64,000 nt of DNA from an uncultured virus (IMG/VR IMGVR_UViG_3300046516_000137) (lineage: Duplodnaviria > Heunggongvirae > Uroviricota > Caudoviricetes). Below are positions 57,599-64,000 of the stretch, piece by piece. The position numbers and the translations under genes are program-made. The stretch lies in the IMG/VR virus record IMGVR_UViG_3300046516_000137, one strand, 5' to 3'. Within the stretch, counting starts at the first letter, position 1. Each line of letters opens with the position of its first letter. Under the pieces are notes generated by a model. The model had not been told where the DNA came from and ran no database searches. It saw only the letters and a program-made list of their open reading frames with translations.

Positions 57599-57670
57599 TC
57601 GGGCACCCGAGAATCGAACTCGGTTTATCCTGTTCCCAAAACAGGCGGATTACCATCTTCCTCGTGCCCG
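57599..57670 (-). tRNA. tRNA-Pro(GGG)
   Basis: Loop TTGGGAA. Confidence 0.88.
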
Positions 57671-57716
57671 ATAGAGAGCTGACGTTAATCAGCTCCCGTT
57701 GAAAGGAGGCAAGATC

Positions 57717-57745
57717 AGTATAACATCCTGCTGTCCCTAAGTCAA
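57717..57745 (-). promoter_or_regulatory. strong promoter at the head of the tRNA array
   Basis: TTGACT-17-TATACT with extended -10 TG. Confidence 0.8.
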
Positions 57746-57894
57746 TTACTTCTTTTCCGCGCTAGTACTATACTGATTTCCATGTTTCTGGCACAAGTAT
57801 CTGATTACTCCCTTAACTGGAGCTCGCATACAGGCACGTCTCTGACATCCTTTGAACCAGCACTGATCTATCAAAGGTACGTATTCATTAGTCA

Positions 57895-58122
57895 TTACAG
57901 TACCACGGTTACTTCGTTGATGTCAACCCTACCGATAAGAAGTTCACCGGAACGAAGAGACGCTTTATGGATGCTTACCTGGTCCCTGACTGGTTCCGTG
58001 TGATCCCAGACTATGTTGTAGTGGCCCATGTTGTCAAGCAATTGTTCTGTGACCTCCATGTGACCACCCATGTGGTGAAGTGCTACAACAAGGAGTCTAG
58101 CCAGAAGCTGTTCCTGTGTCAA
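57895..58122 (-). CDS. hypothetical protein
   Basis: RBS AAGGAG; operon packing. Confidence 0.6.
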   Translation of the reverse strand: MTQEQLLARLLVVALHHMGGHMEVTEQLLDNMGHYNIVWDHTEPVRDQVSIHKASLRSGELLIGRVDINEVTVVL

Positions 58123-58124
58123 GG

Positions 58125-58322
58125 TCAGTTCTCCTTTGAAAGACGGGAGATGGTTTCCTTCAGGTGACCGTTGGCTTCCAGTAGCTCCTGTACGTGATTC
58201 TTTGCCACCTCTGAGGCTACTAGAGCTATCTCATCGACAAACCGTTCACTGTCAGCATCATCGGGTCTTATACGGGCAACCAGAGCTTCGTAGATATCAT
58301 CGTAAATTAGATTTCTCTGCAT
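58125..58322 (-). CDS. hypothetical protein
   Basis: Operon packing. Confidence 0.6.
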   Translation of the reverse strand: MQRNLIYDDIYEALVARIRPDDADSERFVDEIALVASEVAKNHVQELLEANGHLKETISRLSKEN

Positions 58323-58532
58323 TTAAATCTCCGGGTAATGAGCATCTTCACCAAAGGGTGCCATAACTACAAGATCATTTTGGTTAATGTTGTCTACCAG
58401 AGCCTCTAGTACTGAACGAATGTAAACGGTGATTCCAAGACCCTTCTTGTCTGCTTCCTTCTTCAGTACCGCAAGAGTATCCTTATGTAGCCGTAGGCTT
58501 CTGGATACCATCGCTGTGCTTGTGTTCTCCAT
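58323..58532 (-). CDS. ribbon-helix-helix DNA-binding protein
   Basis: SRSLRLH..TL..LKKEADKKGLGITVYIRSVLE. Confidence 0.75.
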   Translation of the reverse strand: MENTSTAMVSRSLRLHKDTLAVLKKEADKKGLGITVYIRSVLEALVDNINQNDLVVMAPFGEDAHYPEI

Positions 58533-58679
58533 ATGGTTCTCCTTATTGTAAAGTTCTGTAAAAAGTAGTGTATCACAGACTTTTACCAAAGGAAACCAAC
58601 AAGATCATCCTGGAACAACAACTACTACCAGGTGAGAAAAAGACATAAAAATCACCAGATGGATTAGTTAACTACCATA

Positions 58680-58930
58680 GGATAGTAATAGACGAGTTTT
58701 TAATACTAGTTCTATTCTCTTAGTACTAGTCTCTTCTGGTAAGTTATTTTATTCTCTTAGTATATTAGTTTTATACTAGTAATCTTCTAGTTATTTTCTT
58801 ATAGAAGTTCTTTACTATAAGATTCTATTCTCTTGGTAACTTTTTCTTCTACTAGACTTTTACTCTTCTAGTCTGTAAGCTTTTAGTCCGAAGGACTTAT
58901 ATACAGACTATGTTTTTTCTTCTTTTCCTC
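58680..58930. repeat. AT-rich, strand-skewed non-coding tract with short repeats (origin candidate)
   Basis: TATTCTCTTRGTA x3 (58713, 58750, 58826); many CTAG/ACTAGT; at the strand switch. Confidence 0.55.
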
Positions 58931-59251
58931 TGGTCAAGCTTCGCTAGTTGTCAAGCTTAGCACATGGTTCCAAATCTGTAAAGTCACTTGGTAGGTTGTC
59001 ATGGGGTACGTTCTCTGGTAGAGTATCCTTTAAGGGAGAACTGGTGGGGGTAACCAGCAAATAGAGAAGGTCACGTATGAAGAACTACAGCATAGCAAAC
59101 ATGGATATCGGTAAGAAGGGTCCATGCATGGTTCCTGGTCATCCTAAGGAACATACTCTTGAGATGGACTGCTGGTCAACTATGAGAAGGTATTTGTTCG
59201 ATCATACCTGGGCTGAATTCCTGGCTGAGGTAAACAGAAAGAAGTAAGGAT

Positions 59252-59662
59252 ATGGGACGAAAGAACCAGAGTTCCTACTATTCCAAACCTATTGCACGGA
59301 TACATGCTGATTTCAATGGTATCTGTGCATTGTGCGGAAATTTTGTAGAACTCTCTGATGCGTCCCGCGACCATATAATCCCCCGCTCAAAAGGCGGGGG
59401 AAATGGCCGGGACAATATACAGCTGACTCATAAGAGCTGTAACAACCTCAAGGGTGATATAAGTTACCCTGTCGACTGGCAAGAGCAGCTTAAGCGGGAT
59501 ATGGTAATACCAAAGGGCTATCAATGCCGTTACTGCTCACAGGAGATAAACAAGCAGCACAAGGACTATCAGTATGTGGCAAAGGTGATCGTACAAGGAA
59601 AGATCGTAGCCCTTCATACCTGGTGCAATGAGGAGAGGATTAAGTATGGAAAGCAGTTATAG
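59252..59662 (+). CDS. HNH endonuclease
   Basis: CALCG...RDHIIPRSKGG...NIQLTHKSCNNLKG. Confidence 0.9.
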   Translation: MGRKNQSSYYSKPIARIHADFNGICALCGNFVELSDASRDHIIPRSKGGGNGRDNIQLTHKSCNNLKGDISYPVDWQEQLKRDMVIPKGYQCRYCSQEINKQHKDYQYVAKVIVQGKIVALHTWCNEERIKYGKQL

Positions 59663-59674
59663 ACGGAGAACCTT

Positions 59675-59851
59675 ATGAAGAAGACCAATAGAAGACCACG
59701 TATTAGAGATCCGCTTATTCTTAACAACCCTGATGTACTCGGTTATATCTGTGCCAAGTGTCAGGGAGGACTGCACAAGTTCTGTAGTGCCAAGGGTGGT
59801 AAGACAAAACTGGGCTGTGTATGTCCCGACAAGAGTCACGAGAGAAGATAA
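59675..59851 (+). CDS. 58-aa Zn micro-protein (family member 1)
   Basis: RBS GGAG; CAKCQGGLHKFC...CVCPDKSH. Confidence 0.7.
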   Translation: MKKTNRRPRIRDPLILNNPDVLGYICAKCQGGLHKFCSAKGGKTKLGCVCPDKSHERR

Positions 59852-60267
59852 TGACAGGATTCTGGGAAGACGGAAATTACGGTATGGATTTTCTGGCTGC
59901 ACGAAATAAAGCAGATGCCAAGAAGGCAGAAGCGGCCAGAAAGACCAAATGGGAGATAGAAGAGGAACAGCGCAATAAGCTAGCCGCTGCTCTCTGGAAA
60001 ATGGAGACGCATCCTGGCAGAGACCACTGTAGTAGTTGTTTTGGCGAGTACTATGACGGCTATGCCGGTGGTGGAGTAATGATGGATGGCTACTGCTGTT
60101 GCAAGGACAATGGAATTACCGGAGTCGTTCAGCCGCTTGACGATTATGACTATCGTGTCAAGTATCCACCAGTAAATGGAAAGGTCCCCGAAATCTTTGA
60201 AAAGTGGGGACCAAGAACACAGGAACGCTACCTGAAGAGATTTGAAGGAGAACTAAATGGAGCATAA
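59851..60267 (+). CDS. hypothetical protein
   Basis: TAATG coupling; CSSC...CCC. Confidence 0.65.
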   Translation: MTGFWEDGNYGMDFLAARNKADAKKAEAARKTKWEIEEEQRNKLAAALWKMETHPGRDHCSSCFGEYYDGYAGGGVMMDGYCCCKDNGITGVVQPLDDYDYRVKYPPVNGKVPEIFEKWGPRTQERYLKRFEGELNGA

Positions 60268-60787
60268 TCCGATACTGCTACTGGACGTAGATGGTGTTTT
60301 AAATCCGTTTGCGGCCAAGGCTACACAGAGACCTGACGGTTATGAGACCCACAGAATGCGCCCTAATGGCTTTCTTATGCAGAATGCACTTAGAGTATGG
60401 CTTAATCCTCTGCACGGTGAGAAACTCCTGAGTCTCGGCTACGACCTTGTATGGGCAACCATGTGGGAATCCGAAGCCAACGAGTGGATCGCGCCGCATA
60501 TAGGCCTTCCTGAGCTTCCTTTCATCAGTTTCAAGCACGCTAGCTGGTACGACAGGGATGGTCTGTACATCAAGACCAAGACTATTGCACAGACCATGAA
60601 CGAAGAGTATGCTGGGGTACCGTTCATCTGGGTTGATGACGAGACAACTCCCTTTGATACCAACTATCTGAGGCAGAACTGTCCCGTAAGATCAAAAATC
60701 TTTACTATTAACCCCAGAATTGGGCTAGTAGACCGAGATTTTGATGAAATCCGAGCATACAAGGCAAAACTTATGGGATACCGATGA
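60257..60787 (+). CDS. HAD-family phosphatase (RNA-repair-associated type)
   Basis: LLDVDGVLNP, LVWATMW, FIWVDDE. Confidence 0.85.
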   Translation: MEHNPILLLDVDGVLNPFAAKATQRPDGYETHRMRPNGFLMQNALRVWLNPLHGEKLLSLGYDLVWATMWESEANEWIAPHIGLPELPFISFKHASWYDRDGLYIKTKTIAQTMNEEYAGVPFIWVDDETTPFDTNYLRQNCPVRSKIFTINPRIGLVDRDFDEIRAYKAKLMGYR

Positions 60788-60803
60788 AATGGAGTAGCTA
60801 AAA

Positions 60804-60983
60804 ATGAAGTTTTTCAAGTCAAAAGACGAGTGTCCACCAGGTTATACGATTCTATGTGTGGACAATCCTGTTGCCAATACAACCAGATACCAAATTCTCT
60901 TCAATGGAAAAGATATAGGATGGTCTGGTACTGATGTAAATGCTGCTTTACGTGAGGCAAAGAAGATGGCAAGAAATAAGTAA
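60804..60983 (+). CDS. 59-aa hypothetical protein (paralogue of the next gene)
   Basis: CPPGY...F.G.D.GW.G...MARN. Confidence 0.7.
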   Translation: MKFFKSKDECPPGYTILCVDNPVANTTRYQILFNGKDIGWSGTDVNAALREAKKMARNK

Positions 60984-61011
60984 CCAACAGACTAGATAAG
61001 GAGAGCCAAAA

Positions 61012-61209
61012 ATGGGATTAAATAACTGGCTTAAGACAGTGGGTGCTTGTCCTCCAGGTTATGAGATAAAATACCTGGCCAACGACAGTGCAGGAAGGAC
61101 CGAATACCATATTTTCTTCAAGGGAAGAGACACAGGCTGGGCAGGCCTGGATGAAAAGGTAGCTATTCGTGCTATGAAGGATATGGCAAGAAACAACAAG
61201 TTCAAGTAA
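61012..61209 (+). CDS. hypothetical protein (paralogue of the previous gene)
   Basis: CPPGY...FKGRDTGWAG...MARN. Confidence 0.7.
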   Translation: MGLNNWLKTVGACPPGYEIKYLANDSAGRTEYHIFFKGRDTGWAGLDEKVAIRAMKDMARNNKFK

Positions 61210-61395
61210 ATATGAGTAAAGAGAACCTGAATATGGCGTATAAGGGCTACCGTATCTACTACGGTGGTCCTATATACGGAATCTGTGTAAATAATCCCCA
61301 AGGTATCCGCGTAGTCATCGATACCAATGTAAGAACTGCCAAGATACTCATCAAGGCTTTTATAAAGGAGGGCAAGTAATGGAGGAATCCACACT

Positions 61396-61977
61396 ATGAA
61401 ATATACGTACGACACGGAATTCATTGACAACGGAGAAACCATAGAATTCTTATCCATAGGGATAGTTGCTGAAGACGGCAGGGAATACTACGCTATTACT
61501 TCTAATACTGAAGTCTTAGCCAGAGCCCGTCAGAACCCCTGGCTGAAGCAGAATGTACTAGCGCAGTTACCTATTATAGATATCGCAGACGCTGGTGGCT
61601 TCGGGTTCAACCCCAACCACGCAGACTACCAGCATGTAAAGCCAAAGCACCAGATAAAAGAAGAAATTTCGGCCTTCCTGCGGTATGAAGCGGATATAGA
61701 ATACTGGGCATGGTTCGCTGCATATGACCATGTTGTACTCAGCCAACTATTTGGAAGAATGCTGGATCTTCCTATGGGATTCCCCATGTATACCAATGAC
61801 ATAAAGCAGGAACACAGACGACTGGGCTACCCAAGAATTCCAGAACAGGCTCAGGGGGCACACAATGCCCTGGAAGACGCTAGATGGAACATGGATACCC
61901 TGCACTACCTAGAGGCCCTAGAAAGCCCCAAAGAATCGGTTCTAGCGGCAAATCCTAAGAGAACGAGGATATGGTAA
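61396..61977 (+). CDS. DEDD 3'-5' exoribonuclease (Rv2179c/RNase AS-like)
   Basis: YDTEF, SIGIVAEDGREYYA, AAYDHV.L.QLFG, HNALEDARW. Confidence 0.9.
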   Translation: MKYTYDTEFIDNGETIEFLSIGIVAEDGREYYAITSNTEVLARARQNPWLKQNVLAQLPIIDIADAGGFGFNPNHADYQHVKPKHQIKEEISAFLRYEADIEYWAWFAAYDHVVLSQLFGRMLDLPMGFPMYTNDIKQEHRRLGYPRIPEQAQGAHNALEDARWNMDTLHYLEALESPKESVLAANPKRTRIW

Positions 61978-61990
61978 ATGGAGGATATCT

Positions 61991-62167
61991 ATGGCTAAAG
62001 ACGGACACAGACCAAAACGTATGAAGAGCAACGCAGGTACCGATAAAGTCAAGACAACGTGTGAGCACTGCATCAATGGTGACCACCACAGGTGTACCAG
62101 CACTTCCACAAGGGGAATGGTGAAATGCCTTTGTGCCAATTTCTACCACAAGCTGTATGAGGAGTAG
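61991..62167 (+). CDS. 58-aa Zn micro-protein (family member 2)
   Basis: RBS GGAGG; CEHCINGDHHRC...CLCANFYH. Confidence 0.7.
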   Translation: MAKDGHRPKRMKSNAGTDKVKTTCEHCINGDHHRCTSTSTRGMVKCLCANFYHKLYEE

Positions 62168-62186
62168 CCATGGAGGAAGCTGCGCT

Positions 62187-62339
62187 ATGAAAGGCAAGAA
62201 GCACAATCCTTCCAATACAGTAAAAGATATATGGAGATGCCAGAACTGCCTTAAGGAGAAGCACCAGCACTGTCTGCGCTATGACAGAGGCTTCCCTTGT
62301 TACTGTATGGTCAACAATCATCTACTGGCCCATAAATAA
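62187..62339 (+). CDS. 50-aa Zn micro-protein (family member 3)
   Basis: RBS GGAGG; CQNCLKEKHQHC...CYCMVNNH. Confidence 0.7.
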   Translation: MKGKKHNPSNTVKDIWRCQNCLKEKHQHCLRYDRGFPCYCMVNNHLLAHK

Positions 62340-62355
62340 CCAAAGGAGGTATTAT

Positions 62356-62550
62356 ATGGCTCCATTCAAAAAAGGTCAGATACAGGTAGAGTCATTCGAG
62401 ACCTCCGACGAAGCCTGGAAGGCCCTTACCAAGAAATATGCGAACCTACTCAATACTCCCAGATTCAAAGACGCAAAAGCAGCCGGATACACACTGGGAG
62501 TAATAAAGTCAAAAGGACTCTACTGGGTAGTGGTTAATCCACCTAGGTAG
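62356..62550 (+). CDS. hypothetical protein
   Basis: RBS AAGGAGG before MAPFKK. Confidence 0.7.
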   Translation: MAPFKKGQIQVESFETSDEAWKALTKKYANLLNTPRFKDAKAAGYTLGVIKSKGLYWVVVNPPR

Positions 62551-62552
62551 AA

Positions 62553-62597
62553 AGAAGCCCTCAGTCCTTGTATAAGGAAAGAGGGCTTCTTTTATTT
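62553..62597 (+). terminator. intrinsic terminator
   Basis: AAGAAGCCCTC...GAGGGCTTCTT followed by a T tract. Confidence 0.75.
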
Positions 62598-63812
62598 GAG
62601 ATACTACCCTGTATTCAGGATACTTACCTTGTACAGATCACCATTTTATAATCGGGAAACCAGGCAGGTACCCAATCTCCCCACTAACTTTTAAAGGTCG
62701 GGGGTCGAACTATGTATATTAATGCTGAATAGACCTAATCACGCTATGTGCAGCCCTAATGACATAGTTCGTAGTCATATTGACCCTATGTCTAATGCAT
62801 AATCGGGATACTAATTGAAATTGCTTGACAAAGGGAGAATGGTGTGGCCTGGTAATAGGGTGATATGGGTTTGAATGTAGTTAATCATGTTGGTAATGGA
62901 GTGATATACCTATTCAGTTACCAATACAGGTCATTGGAGAGTAAGTCAATAGGTATGCCAAGAGAGTATGGTCACACTTCGCACAGTCACAACGGACATA
63001 AGGTGTGGTTTGGCGTCTATGGGATATGTGTGTATGCATTGATTAGACCATCGCAGGTCAGAGTATGTGCCAGTAGTGGTCTAGTCCTCATAGGTACATT
63101 GGTCTAGTCCCGTAGGCATTATCTACGCACAGTGAAAATCGTCTGTACAGCCCTGTGAGAGGTGAGCTGGATAGAGAGGACGTTGAGTACCAAAGGATCA
63201 TGCTAGAGGGGCCAAAGAATGGATTGGTGGCTATACTTGTCAGTACTCTTGTCTCTATATGTATCTATGGTGTATATCGCTACGCTCTCCTGCGCTTCGC
63301 TTGGCCCCGAAATTTCCTGAGGGGAGTGTGTTGGGTAACAGGTGTGCATCGGCATAACGGACATACAGGGATAGTATGGGCGCGTAGCCACTAGGTTTGG
63401 TATCGAGTCGGTAACGAAGTGGGATGAGGCTTTGACACGCCTCCCTACGTAGACAAGTGTGTGTCTCGCAAGGCAGCGGGGCGAACGGGAGACAGGCTGT
63501 AGCGGCCGGTTGAACGGATCGCATGACCCGCTGAGTACGGCTAACTGAATAGTGATGCGAACAGAGACAGACAGTCAGAACCTTGGCCACACCGACAACT
63601 CTTCGGAACGGGTAGGTGTCAGCCCACGACGGCGAAAGCCTATACAGCGACTGTATGTCTCGGCCATTCACTCTTGCCCATGGCAGGTAGTCCGGTGGGA
63701 TCATCTGCTAGTCCCCGGAGTGAGTGGTGATCAAATGCTTAGTTCGATGCAACTTCCCGCATATGATGCGCGTCATTGTGTGTGGGTTGTTGGACCTAGC
63801 TAGGGAGAGACC

Positions 63813-64000
63813 ATGAGCAACAAAGCAGAGCGCAAGGCAATCGAGCGGCAGATTGTCAACAGTTACAAGGACATGAAGCTGATCCTCAAAGAGGCAGGCA
63901 TGTCGCTTGACACCGACTGGAGTTACTGGCCGTTGGGTGCAAAGTGCGTTCACGCTGCCTATGCGGCACTGGGAATCGGTGTGGCATACAACCTGGGCAT
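63813..64000 (+). CDS. hypothetical protein, runs off the window
   Basis: RBS GGGAG then MSNKAERKAIERQIV..., open to the window end. Confidence 0.6.
   Translation, partial: MSNKAERKAIERQIVNSYKDMKLILKEAGMSLDTDWSYWPLGAKCVHAAYAALGIGVAYNLG

Noticed and set aside
48200..57700. CRISPR or mini-array
   Set aside because: The recurring TCGAACC strings are tRNA T arms; there is no constant repeat-spacer period.
62865..63953. Short ORFs in the right-end region
   Set aside because: No RBS, atypical composition and mutually overlapping; treated as non-coding.

Overview
A 64-kb segment of a large lytic tailed-phage genome, most likely an actinobacteriophage myovirus. The gene order resembles Bxz1-/BRock-type phages; a Streptomyces-like host is my inference and is not shown by the sequence. 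Almost everything from 1 to ~58.6 kb is on the minus strand. Reading from high to low coordinates: (i) a ~9.5-kb tRNA array (48.2-57.7 kb) with 32 recognisable tRNAs covering all 20 amino acids, interleaved with small ORFs and several structured non-tRNA RNAs; (ii) RNA ligase, phosphoesterase, MazG-like and KTSC genes; (iii) terminase, fibre/decoration genes, portal, scaffold, major capsid, neck, sheath, tube, tail chaperones, tape measure and baseplate; (iv) a replication block with a DnaC-like loader, Pnk, DnaB, primase and an SNF2-like helicase. After an AT-rich repeat tract at ~58.7-58.9 kb the strand switches to small plus-strand genes. The most unusual signals are in the tRNA array: a 79-nt tmRNA consisting only of the tRNA-like domain with no mRNA/tag domain, a tRNA-like RNA locked in an extended stem, and at least six self-closing structured RNAs placed between tRNA genes. 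Other points of note are a candidate +1 tail-chaperone frameshift, an Acb2/Tad1-like sponge, a shared leaderless promoter on two nucleases, and a three-member Zn micro-protein family. All product calls come from motif recognition by eye; no database search was run.
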